The notes beneath the pieces are model-generated. The model saw only the letters and a program-made list of their open reading frames with translations, had not been told where the DNA came from and did no database searches. A program made the position numbers and the translations under genes. From positions 96,104-157,407 of the forward strand of contig JAWQFM010000010.1 in NCBI GenBank assembly GCA_033442325.1: a stretch of DNA of 61,304 nt. The letters are read 5' to 3'. Position 1 is the first letter of the stretch. Each line of letters starts with the position of its first letter. Positions 28,801-41,900 of the stretch are shown here, piece after piece. The DNA comes from Salpingoeca rosetta. Lineage: Eukaryota; Protista; Choanoflagellata.

Positions 28801-31536
28801 CCGCGGTGGGCGTGAGGTCGTCCGTGTCACTCGGGTGCGAGCGCATCAGCAGCACCACCAGCCTGCGCGTCAGCTGCTGCCTTGCCTCGACGTCGTTGTA
28901 CAGCCCCCTGTTCACCATGGCCAGGCACAGTCGCAGCACCTGTTCCGTGAGCATGTTGGCTTGCACCTCTGCCTGCTTGAGCTCGGCAATCTCGGGGCGC
29001 TTGCTGTCTGCACCGGAGTAGTAGCCTGTCGTGTACGAGAGCAGACCCTTCTGCGAGAGGTAGGCCTCCACCCAGTTGACCACCTCGTCCACGCGGAAGA
29101 GACGATCTGCAACGGCCCTGAGCTTGGCGTGCGACTTGTGGTTGGCCAGGTCGTTCCAGCGCCGGTTGGAGTGGTCCACCTCGGGCAGGTCGTCGCCGTC
29201 AATGTACAGGTTGACAAGGAGCGTGCAGAAGCGCGCCTTGATGTGTGCTGGCAGGCTGGACTGCAGCACACCCATGATCATGGGGTAGGGCGCCCGCCGC
29301 GCGTCACGCAGCTCGTCCTGGCAGTTGCCCTCCAGGCACAGCTGGGCGTAGAGCTGGAGCATGGAGTCAAAGTACTCGAGGTGGTCCTGGTCCTTGAGGT
29401 ACTCCTGCAGCGGCATGGTGACGACGCGCCACTGGTGGAAGGGCTTGCCTCGCGTGGGCACGCGCGTGGAGATGGTCATGTTTCCATCGCTGTCGATGGT
29501 GGTGACGGGCAGGATGTCCGCTGCGGGCGCGTCTGGGGCAAGGGTGAGCTCACGGATGATGTTCTGGATGGAGGGGATGGCCGAGCCGTCGACGGAGCAG
29601 AGGGAGGCGAGGAGGCCGAGGTACTGCTCGAGGTCGCTCATGGTGTGTGCTTCGTGGATGAGGGAGATGTAGAGGTTGACGGACCGCTTCGTGACGCGGT
29701 TGAGCAGGATGTGGTTGTTGCGCACAATGTTGTCCAGGGTGTCAGCAATGTGCCAGTGGATGTTGTCGATGCAGCTGATGAGCCGGCACTGGTTGACCAT
29801 GTCGGTGAGGTAGGCGTCCGCCATGACCAGGCCCACGTGCACGTTGCCGTGGCACAGGTAGCTGATGAGGCGGTAGATGTCGCGGCACAGCTTGTTGAAG
29901 CGGCGGCACTTTGGCTGCGCCAGGCGCGTGCGCCAGCCCTTGCCCCAGTCCGCGCAGTGTGCGCCCTGGAACGGCACGCTGACCACGGTCATGAGGGGCG
30001 TGTGCACCTGCAGGTCAAAGAGGATGTTTTGGTGCAGGGTGTTGGTACGGCCCACCTCGTCCTGCCCGTCCTCAATCTTGTCCTCGGAGCAGAACTGGAT
30101 GAGCGCCTGGATGCTGTTTCGCGCGCGCTTGAAGAGCTCGCCGTGCCGTGGGCTGCACACGTCCGAGAGCACCCGCTCCTCTGCCAGCTGGGCCAGGATC
30201 TTGGCGTGGCCGAGCGCAAAGTAGAAGTCGCGGATGTCCTGCTGGTGGACGCTGTGCAGGGAGAATGCGTCCTCATCCCGGCGCTGCTGCACGAGCACGG
30301 AGCGCACAAAGGTTGTGTCGTCGCCCTGCTGGTTCTCGTCCACGGCTGCCTCGTCCGTGTTCACGTGCAGGTACTGGCCGGACCCGCGTACGTAGAAGAA
30401 GGCGCTGTATGGGATGCGGAGGTCCTCTTGGCGCGACATGATGGCGACGGCGGCGGCGGTGGCGCTGTCCTCGCTCTCCTGCTCCGCCGCGTGTGTAGAC
30501 TCAAGCAGGGAGAAGAGGCCTGATGTCTGCCGTGTCTGAGCCGGTGCCATGACACCAGTGGAGGTGATGGCGCTTGCGTCGAGGTACTGGTCTGTGAGGA
30601 CGTTCTTGAGCCGCACGTGGTCGGTCCACAGCACGGGCCTGCCGCCGCGGCGCTGGGTGTCCTCGAGCTCCACCTGCCAGATGGAGCTTGCGTCGTGGTA
30701 GTCGCCCGGTTGGTTGCCTGCCCCGATGGCGCGGAGACAGACGGTGTTGTCGTGGCCAAGGAAGTCATCCTCGTCGCCGTCGCCAATCTGCCGCGCAACG
30801 ACGAGGAACCCGTTGGCCTCGTGGTGGTACAGGCGCACAAAGTCGCCGCCCTTGAGCACGTGGATGAAGGCCTCCCCAGAGACGTTGTAGGGGGCGAAGA
30901 GGCGGATGCGTATGCCGGATGTCTCGGACGGCCCGCAGGCGAGGAGGACCTTGGACTGGTCGAGGCTTGAGGAGGAGGTGAGGAAGGTGCGGTTTCCGTC
31001 GAGGATGAGCTCGTTCTGGAAGACGACCTGGTCGTTGAGGAGGACCGGGTCGCCGATGGCCCTGATCTTGAAGCGCGGCAGGAGGCGAAAGTGGCTGGCG
31101 CCGGCGCTGGTGGCATCGAGAGCCACGGAGTACACGCCGCCAACGGCGCGGGTCTGGCGCGTGATGCTGCGCTGGGTGCTGCGGTGGATGATGCGCACGA
31201 CGTCGCCGTACTTGAGGCTGGCGCCCTCCGGCAGGTCCGTCACCGCCTTGATCTGGAAGATGCATGCCTGCTCAAAGTTTGGGATGGTGGTGGGTGCCGT
31301 GTCTGCCTTGGTAGAGGTGGCGTCAGCGGTGGAGGAGGAGGAGTAGGTTGCATTGGTGCTGTCGCCTTGCTGCTGTGTTGCTTTCTGGTGCTCTTGCTGT
31401 AGTTTGGTGGGTTGGAAGACGGAGATCTCCTTTGACGAGAGCAAGTCCACGCTCGCCACACCACCCGCACTCTGCACAAACAGTGACACAAAGTCACCGT
31501 TGCTCAGCGTGCTGCGGTCGACAATGTCGTCCGCCA

Positions 31537-31537
<1 letters not shown>
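22817..31537 (-). CDS. Divergent inositol-trisphosphate/ryanodine receptor family channel, intronless, 2906 aa
   Basis: Single ORF. Suppressor/beta-trefoil (LSNGDFVSL, FEQACIFQI, LKYGDVVRIIH, FRLLPRFKIRAIGDPV), MIR (LKGGDFVRLYHHEANGFL, SIWQVE, VRLKNVLTDQYL), RIH (FCWDNRNNQELL), RIH-associated (CDGCYRDMQNLLR, SGPNRDNQ), six TMs, GIIIDSFGEYR and C2H2 CFVC..H..H. Confidence 0.95.
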
Positions 31538-31538
<1 letters not shown>

Positions 31539-31605
<67 letters not shown>

Positions 31606-31616
31606 TGTGTGTGTGT
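31539..31616 (+). repeat. (GT)n microsatellite; (CA)n on the coding strand directly before the channel ATG
   Basis: Direct reading. Confidence 0.95.
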
Positions 31617-32910
31617 TAAATTAAATGGAAAGGCTCAGTGGTAGACAAGTGGGGGGGGGTCGTGCTGCTTTGGTGTGTCCTTGTTCGTCCCCTTGCTTGC
31701 TTGCTTGCTTGCTGGCGGGCTTCTTGGAAACCAACACTGATGCTGCGAACCCACCCTGCGAGGGGGAGTGAGTGAGTGAGCAGGGTAGGGTGTGGTGCGT
31801 TGTTGTTCCCCTTTCCTCGTGAAGGGGGGGTCGCGTTGAGACAGAGAGAGAAGGAAAAAACAAAAAAGGAGAGGAGGGCAGCGTGAAAAGGACGCGTTGA
31901 GACAGCTGCGCGTGTGGCTTGCTTGTTGCTTGCTTGCTTGGTGCTTAGCGACGGGTGGCCAGCTGAAGGAAGGAAGGAAGTAGGCTCAACCAGTGGTCAA
32001 AAAGGCGTGGGAACCGTTGGTGGGGGACCAACGGCAGTGTCAACGGTCTTCATCGGTGTCATGTCGTTACCGCCTCGTCACGACCACAGCACCGAAGTCC
32101 AAAAAGTGCATCAAATCATTGTGGCTTGTGCAATGATTTGTCAGATGTGTGTGGTTTGATGCTGTTTTAGGGGGTTTGTTTGGGTTTCGCCTCTGTCACA
32201 GTCATCGACGAACCGTTGGCGTCATTACTCATCGCGATCTCCAAGCAAGCAAGAAGCAAGACAACGGCACACACCCACACACGCAAGACGCACACCAACC
32301 CCCACCCCAAGATAGAAAAGACGCGGGCTGGTTGGTTGCATCGCTGTCATCATCACTATCACACTCCTCCAGTAAGCAACACCGAGCTTGGTGCCACACC
32401 ACAGATAGCCCTGAGCCAACCCAAACGAAGACAAGACGCAAGAAGCACAAACTTGGAAGCAAACAAACGCCAGAACCACAAACCAGAACCAGCCTAGCCG
32501 TGCAGCACGACGCAAGACCACATTCATCTGCCTCCATCGTTGACACTGTCATCAAGCAAGCGACCAAGCAAGCAAACACAGGAGAAGCAAGGAAGAAGCA
32601 AAGGGTTGCAGGTGCTCTGCAGCAGGTGAGTCGTGTCAAAGCAAGGAAGTTCGTGTGCTTGTGGTGTGTGTGGTGCAGGCAGGCGGAGATGTGGCTACAA
32701 ATACACACACAAAAAGAGAAGACACCGTGCGTACCTGTCTGCCGAAAGCTGTCATTGCCATTTTCGTCGTTCACCCCTCCGAACACGCACCTGCACACTC
32801 ACCTGCTCCGTCGAGCCTACATTATACACACACACACACACATCTCACCTGCAAGCGCACCTAACTTCTTCTTCTGCTGCTTGTTCTGCTTCTCTTCGGA
32901 TAGAGCAAAG

Positions 32911-33357
32911 ATGGCAGCCGTTCACGCTCGCCTTTGTGGCCTTGGCCTGGGGTTCGCTTGCATCGCGGTCATGGTCTTCATGATGGCGCGCTCAGCCTCA
33001 CCTCGGCCCGTGGCTGGAACCCAGACACGCCATCACCACCGCAAACCCAATTTTATCGTTCTCTTCGCCGATGGTGCGTGTGTGTGGTTGTTGGTTGGTG
33101 GCACGGTGCGGTTGGGGTGCTGTCATGCATGTTGCAGTTGACTCCTGTTACAGCGCAGTTGGGTAGTTTGTGTTGCCTTGTCCTCACAACCATTCACATC
33201 ACATCACCATTGGGCAGATCTTGGAGTCAACGAGATTCGTCTGGACAACGTGCCAAATGGCTACACAGGCAACAACCACACGTGAGTTTGGCGCGCTTGC
33301 AGTGCTGCGCTTTCCTCCGCGCCTTGCAAAGCACTGCCCCCCGTCCGACCTGCATTG

Positions 33358-33393
<36 letters not shown>

Positions 33394-33697
33394 ACACACA
33401 CTCACTCACTCACTCACTCACACACACACACACACGCACACACTCCCCCCCCCCCTCTCTCTCCCAACTCACACTTGCACGCACTCTGGTCTTGCCTTGT
33501 GCATGATAGCATCGCCACGCCAAACCTGCAGCGCCTGGCAAATGAGGGCATGGTGTTCCACAACTGGTACAGCGCCTTCCATGTGTGCTCGCCCTCCCGT
33601 GCCAGCATGATGACGGGCCGCTACAGCATTCGCAGTGGCATTGGCAGCTCTCCTCTCAAGTATGCACCAGATGCCCCAGGTACGCAGCTGCGTGTGT

Positions 33698-33736
<39 letters not shown>

Positions 33737-33817
33737 TGCGTGTGTGTGTGTGTTGTGTGTGAGTTTGTGTGTCTGTCTGCCTGCCTGCCTGCCTGCCTGC
33801 TTGCTTGCCTGCTTGCC

Positions 33818-33892
<75 letters not shown>

Positions 33893-35860
33893 GTGACTCA
33901 AATTCTCTCTCACGCACCCTATCCATCTGCTTCCTTTCGCTTGCCCCTCTCTATCACACTCGTGCATCGCACACCGCCGTCCATTCTCCAGGAGGACCAC
34001 TACCAAGTCAGGTGTTCTCTGCAGAGGCCGTGGGCGGCCTTCCGCTGAACGAAACAACAATCGCAGAGGCACTGCTGCCGCAGGGATACGCTACCATGGC
34101 CATCGGCAAGGTGCGTCATGCCTGTCGCGTGCTTGTTGTCCTTGCATCGCTTGCAGCTGACACGCTGTGGTCTCTTGTGATTCGTCGATTGGTGCACGCG
34201 TGTACGCACGCACACGCACACACACACACACTCACACACTCACTCACTCACTCACTCACTCACTCACTCACATATTCACGTGGCCGTCACGCATTCCATG
34301 ATGCCATTGCGCGTTGCAGTGGCACCTGGGCCAGCGAGACATCTACCTGCCCACAGCACGCGGCTTTGAGGAATACTATGGCATCCCCTTTTCACAAGGT
34401 CAGCAGCGCCGTGAATATGTGTTTGGATTGTTATCTGAAGCGCACGGCTCTCCGATTCGAGGCACAGGCAACCGCTAGCTCAAGTGGACACACAAACGAA
34501 CTCTCTCCCTTGACTGTTCAATCACACACACACACAACTCACACACACAACTCGCGCACACACACACACACAACCCACTCACTCACTCACACACACACAC
34601 ACACACACACATGCACACACACACACACACAACTCGCGCTCTCACTCACTCACTCACTCACGCGCTTGTGCGCAGATATGGGGATGAGCTTCTGGCTGCC
34701 GTTTGACTACAATGGCATTGCACCGATGGAGCCCACGCCCATTCCCAAGCTGAAAGGCAATGCAGTCGTGGAACAGCCGGCCGCACTGGACAAGCTCGCA
34801 GACGAGTACGCGCAAGTTGCAAAGGAGTTTGTCATGCGCAACGCGCAGAAGGACCGGCCGTTCTTCCTCTACCTTCCGTTCAACCACGTGCACACGCCCA
34901 ACTCGTGCTCGCCGCGCTTCTGCAGCACCAGCAAGTCAGGCCCCGTCGGCGACGCCGTACAGGAGATGGACTGGGTCATTGGCGAAGTGATGGACGCCCT
35001 CAAGCACGCGGGTGTCGACGACAACACGCTTGTGCTGTTCACCAGCGACAACGGCGCGCCACTTGCCAACGACGAGCAAGGAAACCTCCCGCTGCGTGAT
35101 GGCAAGGCGAGCACGTGGGAGGGCGGCTTCAAGGCACCGGGCATTGCGTGGTGGCCAAACCGCATCCCTGCAGGCTCCCAGTCCAAGGCACTCGTCTCCA
35201 CCCTCGACGTCTTCACCACAGTCATCACCATGGCAGGCGTACGTTGTGCGGCGTGTGTGTGTGAGTGCGTTGCTATGTTTGTGTGTGTGTGTGTGTGTCT
35301 GTGTGTCTGTGTGTCTGTGTGTCTGTGTGTCTGTGTCTGTGTCTGTGTCTGTGTCTGTGTGTCTGTGTGTGCGTGCATTGTGCTGTGTTTGTGTGTCTGT
35401 GTCAATGCGTGTGTGTCAATGACGGCTCTGCGAACTCAGTATCACACCTTTAACGCCTTTCTGTTCATGTGTGTGTGCGTGTGTGTGTGTCTGTGTGTGT
35501 CTGTGTGTCTGTGTGTCTGTGTGTCTGTGTGCGTCTGTGTGCGTCTGTGTGCGTGTGGTGCAGGGCGACGTGCCAACAGATCGCATCATCGATGGCATTG
35601 ACCTGAGCCCCATTCTCTTCAACGGATCCAAGCAGGGTCATGATTGCATCATGTTCTACCACAACGCCGCTGCAGTTAATGCAAGTGGCGAGCTGTATGC
35701 TATGCGTTGCGGCGATCACAAGATCTACTGGGCTACACAGTCCACGACCACGCAGCCCTGGCCCGATGGTCCACAGGACCCGCCCCTCCTCTTCGACCTC
35801 GAAGCAGGTGTGTGTAAGTGTGAATGTGCCTGTGTGTGTGTGTGTGTGTGTGTGACTGTG

Positions 35861-35936
<76 letters not shown>

Positions 35937-36569
35937 GTNNNNNNNNNNNNNNNNNNNNNNNNNNNNNNNNNNNNNNNNNNNNNNNNNNNNNNNNNNNNNN
36001 NNNNNNNNNNNNNNNNNNNNNNNNNNNNNNNNNNNNNNCCTTTCGTATGTACGTCTGCATCACTCGACACGTACGGACGCCATCCCAAATCCCTCACTAG
36101 CTTCCTCACCGAAGTCTGAGCGTCCGCTAAAATACCGCTGGCTAAGGTAAATATCCCCCGCATGCTGCTGACTCTACTCGTCTAGCTATCGCATCACCTG
36201 TATGCACTTACTTCTAATCCTGGTCAATGTACCCTCTCATCGATTGCTTCCTCCTCGCATCTTGACCTACACCCCTTCAACTTCCACGAGCTCTAAGTGG
36301 GATCATGATGCTCCATGTTTCCGCGATACGGCGGTGTCAGTGGCTGCAGTCGCGAGCCGTTTTACTTTGGGGGTCTGACACTACCAACATCTGCTCGTCA
36401 TCAAGTACACGATGTAAGCACGACCGATTTCTCGCGTTTCACTTGCCCCGGACCCTGTTTTTTTTCCTAGTACACACAAAAAAAAAAAAAAAAAAAATCA
36501 AAAAAAAAAGTAGAGAGGTGAGTGTATCTAACCATTTGTCTGAGAGCCAGTGTGTGTGTGTGTGTGTGG

Positions 36570-36609
<40 letters not shown>

Positions 36610-37998
36610 CTGTATGTCTACCTGCCTGTGCGTCTATGTGCAGCAAACGCCTCTGTTCATGTGCTTTGGCTGTCAATGCACTTTTCAAACACCACAGACC
36701 CGGCAGAAACAAAGCCCATCCACCCCAAGAGCACCGAGTATGGATTGATTCGTCTTCGCTTGGAGGAAGCACGGCTCAAACACCTGTCCACCATCTCCAT
36801 CGTGCCAGACCAGGTGTGTGTGTGTGTTGTGTTGTGTTGTGTTGTGTTGTGTTGTGTTGTTGGCGGTTTCTTGTTCTGCCTTGTCCGTGCATACAAGTCA
36901 TCGCCGTGCCCTCCTCAAGCACATGCATGCCCAACGGACCCATGCACACACTCTTTCTTCTCTCACCAAAACTCACCCGCCTCTCCACCGCCTCATGCAC
37001 GCGTCACAGATGGCACGAGGGTCCAAGAGCGAGTTTGCCATCTGCGCGGCACCCGACAGCAAGGCAACGTCGCCAGCATGGCCCAACTGCACACTCACCC
37101 CGGAGAACTGGCAGCCAGCGGGCGTATGCAACTCGACCCGCTGCCTTCAGACCAACCCGCACTTTCGCACGCGGTGTGGCCCGCGCCTGTGCCCGGGACC
37201 CCGCTGTCCACCTGTTCCCCAGCAGAACTTTGTCGGCTGCTTCCACAACCATATCCTAGGCAAATGCGACTTGCCCATCGTCATCACAGGTCTGTGTGTG
37301 TGTGTGTGTCTGTGTGTCTGTCTGTGTGTCTGTCTGTGTGTCTGTCTGTGTGTCTGTGTGTCTGTGTGTCTGTGTGTGTGTCTGTCTGTCTGTCTGTGTG
37401 TCTCCATGCTCCATGATGACACGTCCTCCTGCTACTCTCTTCATTTTCCTCACAACTACTACACACACGATGTTCTGCCTTGCTTTCTTTGGTGATCACA
37501 GGCACGTGCAGCAATGTAAGCAAACCCTTGTTTGGGAACATGGACGTGGACGTGTGCAACGCCCTTTGTCAAGGGTACGTTCTCGAGGCTTTCTGTTAAT
37601 TGTGTGTCTGCATGTGTAGGTGTGTGCGCGCGTGGGTGTTGCAATCGTCTTCAAGGCCGCTTGTTGTGAGTGTGCTGCCGTTGTTGTGATGGTGACGCCG
37701 TTGTTGTGATGGTGACGCCTTTTGCTCGCTCACAGCGTCAATACTAACACGTCTGCTTCCGCTGTTCTCTGTTTTGCTTGCCTGCAGGCATAATTTCTTC
37801 GGCGTGGGCGATGGCGGTGTAGGGTGCTACTGCGGGTCAACCTACGGCAGCCAGGGCGCTGCGCCGGCATCGAATTGCAGCTGGCCCTGTGTCGGTAACC
37901 CCTTGCAGACGTGTGGTGGTAAAGACCTCAACAGCATCTACCGCGTCGCGCCCGTCGACCAACCCAGCACCCCATGGCAGCATCTTGAAAGCGTGTAA
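32911..37998 (+). CDS. Formylglycine-dependent arylsulfatase (ARSA/ARSG-like) with N-terminal signal/anchor and C-terminal WSC domain
   Basis: [10 protein letters not shown]|[29 protein letters not shown]|[54 protein letters not shown]|DPAE. WSC: FVGCF...[21 protein letters not shown]...[16 protein letters not shown]. One intron crosses gap 35939-36038. Confidence 0.9.
35939..36038. other. Assembly gap (100 N)
   Basis: Run of n. Confidence 1.
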
Positions 37999-38681
37999 TC
38001 CACTCCAAGTCCAATGGCTGGAACTCTGCTGCTTTTGCTGTGTGATGGGTGGGGTGTGAGTTATGCGTTCGCAGCTGAGCGGAAGAGTTGGTTTGAGGGT
38101 GACGCGTGTATGCTTGCTGGCAAGCTGGGCGCAGCTGGACCCCTGGACTCTTGGATGTGGGTGCGTGATGGATGCAGTGACGAATGATGAATGTGTAATG
38201 TAACCGTGTGTGTGTCTGTAAGTCTGTATGCGCTGCAAATCGTGGTGGTGGATGGATTGATTGTATTGATTGGACTATTGGACCTTGAAAACACAATGAA
38301 ATGTAAACAGAGAGTAAACAGAGACCACGATGTGGTGGAATGTCATCTTTATCCTTCTTCGTACTGTGTCAGTGCATACTCGCATGTAGGCATGTGCTCA
38401 TGTGCGACGGCCGGCGGGAAGAGGGAAGGCTGCGCTGCTGGCTGGCTGGTGGAAGCACGGGCAGAAGGGAAGGCAACTCACGACAGACAGCACGAAGTGC
38501 AGCAGCTGCTGCTTTGAAGAACATTGGCGAAAGATGTTGCGCATTTTCGACACGGTGAAATTTGCCGCTCCACCACCACTGTCCGCAGCACGCTCCAAGC
38601 AGCCAACCAAGCAACCAACCACAACACCCCGCAGCCCTTCCTTCCCTTCCTACTTTCTTGCTTGCCTTGCTCGGCCGAGCC

Positions 38682-38889
38682 ATGCAAGGAACAATGATGG
38701 TGGCTGTGGCAACACTGCAAGTGTTGGTGGTTGCCACCATGATCGCCAACGCACATGCACGCTCAACCACTGCAAACGCTTTCGCCCACAACAATCAGGT
38801 GTGGTGTTCTGTTGTCCTTGTTGTCCTGTTGTTTTGTTTGTCGTGTGCATTGGGAGAATGAATACACTCCGTCTCCTCTCCTCGTGCCG

Positions 38890-38960
<71 letters not shown>

Positions 38961-41900
38961 ACACACACACACATATCAACGCGTGCACTTCCACGCTTTC
39001 CCTGTCACTTTCACTCACATGCTTGCATGCACGCATCTTTACCCACCCCACCTCTCTCCTATGTTCGCTAGCTCTGCTCGGATGTACACGGCACACTGGA
39101 CAGCATGGCGCGTGTGCTTGAAGCGCACGACGTCCCGTTCTTCCCCAAGCACCATGTCGACAAGATACACAACGGCAGTCACAATGACACTACGACCGGA
39201 CACAAAACGACACGGGAAAACACGCTACTCTCTTCGCTTGTCGACCTGTCTCCAATTCATCGCATGATGACTGCGTTTGGGTGTGACGATCGAAATGAGG
39301 ACAGCAGCAAAGACAAACAACATCTTGAAGGAGATCACAGGACACCACCGGCTCCACTGTTGACAACCACCACCGCGCACGTGGAAGAGAAGGTGAATGA
39401 CATCCGCCGCAACAACGCAACGACCAAGCTACCGTTCCAACAACAGTCACAACCCCAACACAGCCGAGTGCGACGAAATCAAGACCCTGTTGTACATGCA
39501 GGGCAGTGCACGCTGGCGAGCGTGGTCGATGGCTCGTGTCCTGGTCCGACAATCAACGGCAGCCTTGTAATCTCAGTCGAGGACACCGAGTCGCCCGATG
39601 AAGAAACAGATGCAAGCACATTGCGCAGCATCTCTCCGCGGGTGACCAGGCTTGTATTGAATGGGCACATTGAAGCAGAAGCGCTGGAGTGGGTTGTGAC
39701 CAACGGCAATTGGACGATGTGCCGCTCTTTCTCGGCCATGGGCGTGCAGTTTCCCACGCTTCAGTTGAGCGTGCTCAACCCAATGACAAGCGTCGATACC
39801 ATCAATATCTGCGACAGCAAAGTGCTTCGAGCACTCGGCACCGACGGCTTTGCCCTCTCACACGAGCTCGTCCACATGGACTTGCACAACAATTCCCTCA
39901 CATCTGTCCCAGACGTATCTGGCATGACCTCGCTGTCAACCCTCAGCTTGCACAACAACCGCATCCGTGGCATCGCAAAGGACGATTTCAAGGGCTTGCC
40001 AGTCCTGCAGCAGCTGCTTCTTGGCGAGAACCTCATTTCTGAGATTGAATCACGGGCATTCGATGACCTCACTCAGCTGCAGGTGCTGACCCTGTTTGCC
40101 AACGAAATCAGCACCATCCATTTCGACCTGTTCCATCGTCTCATGAGCCTCACAAAGCTTCAGCTGCATCAGAACCCCATCACAGAGCTTGACGCTCACG
40201 TTTTTGCTGGGCTGCCCAAGCTGGATCATCTGAGTCTCGAGGACATGCTCCTCACCAGCTTGCCAGCAACGCTATTCCGAAAGAACACGCGCCTCACTGT
40301 GTTGAACTTGGCGGGAAACTTCATCACGTCCCTGCCCAAGACCATCTTCTCTGGTCTGTCATATCTGCAGGGGCTGCAAATCTTCAACAACCGCCTGTCT
40401 TCGCTGCCACCAGGCGTACTCGAGGACTTGGCGGCGCTGAAGGTCCTTGACTTGTCGAGGAACGAGCTGACGTCCATGCCTGACGACCTACTTCAGTTCA
40501 ACCGCTTTCTCGACGAGTTCTTCTGTGCAAACAGCCATCTCACCCAGCTTCCACCCAATTTGTTCGCCAACACCCCAGACCTGCGACTGGTGTCTTTCGC
40601 CAACAACGATCTTCACTCCATCGACAATGTGCTTGCAGGAGCGTCCCTGCCTTCCTTGGTTGCCCTTAACCTCAACAACAATCACCTGACGGAGTTGCAT
40701 CTGTCCAAAGAATTGCCTGCCTTTCGCAGGTTTGGCTTGAGCAGCAACCCCATGCAGGAGCTGCCAGACGTCACCCTCGCGCCTGCCCTGAAAACCATGC
40801 GGCTGCAGAACCACGAAATCAAGCACATGGACTTGGCGCCACTTCTTCGTTTGTCCAACCTCGACATCCTTGAGCTCGATGCGTCTCCCCAAGCAGAGTC
40901 CAAGGCAGTGTTGACGGACGCCAACATCGGTAGCGTCGCGCCGTTATCAGTGCTCAGTTTGGAGAATGTCGACGTCACTTCCGTGATCCCATTACTTGAA
41001 CGCCTCCCGTCGCTGAGTCTCGATGCCCTGCATGTGGGCTGGCCGGGCGCCAGCAACGCCACGCTCCCAATCAGCAAGGTGTGCATGCTGCTCGCAAAAA
41101 GCGTGCGAGAGCTTCGCATCGCCAACACGAACTACGAAGCCATTGAGTTGTGTGCTGACAGAACATTCCACTCCATCCTTCTGAACGACAACGAGCACCT
41201 GCGGTCTGTCACCGTCCACAATCCGCTGCGTGAGCTGAATATGTCCGGGTGCACCCACCTCACTTCTATCGACGCTCCTCCGATTGACATCCTCGACATC
41301 AGCAACACCAATTTCCTGCCCGTTGCTGCGCTGTGTACACGCTGGGGCAGACGCATTCTCTTCGCCCGCAACTTGGCCGGAACCATTGACACACGACAAG
41401 CGGCGGCAACTGCACGCAACTGCCTTCAGCGAGCGGATGTGATAGATCTTTCTGGCAACACGTGGTTGGGTCAACTGGAGGAGATCAATCGCGTGACAGA
41501 GAGATCAGTTGTCTTGTCAGAAGAACAAGATTGGACGGCTGACCTGGTCCCTCTTCCAAGCCGGTCCACCCCTCCCATCCTCCAACTCACTGATGCGCCG
41601 ATTGAATGTGCGCTTCAGCTGTCAAACCGGGATCTGCGTCGACAGAGTGATCTCTTCACATTTACGCCGCAGATTGTGTTCTCCTTCCACTGCACGTGCG
41701 CGCGGGGTTTCAAGATGACATCAGATGGACGGTGTGTGTTAGATGAGCCCAACATCGCTGGCGTTGCCGCTGGCTCCGTGATTGGCGGGCTGTTCTTCGG
41801 CCTGTTCGTGGCGTGGCTGTCACGCCACTACCGTGGCCTGACGAAACGCATCGGCCTGCAGGAGCAGTTGCTGGTGGAGATGGACGAGGAGGTGATGGCG

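Noticed and set aside
28475-30523. 682-aa plus-strand ORF, plus 26954-28192, 27525-28700 and 22652-23623
   Set aside because: Antisense shadows of the GC3-rich channel CDS; no motifs of their own.
32149-32910. Long N-terminal extension of the sulfatase
   Set aside because: Low-complexity leader with a non-ATG start; the signal-anchor ATG is at 32911.
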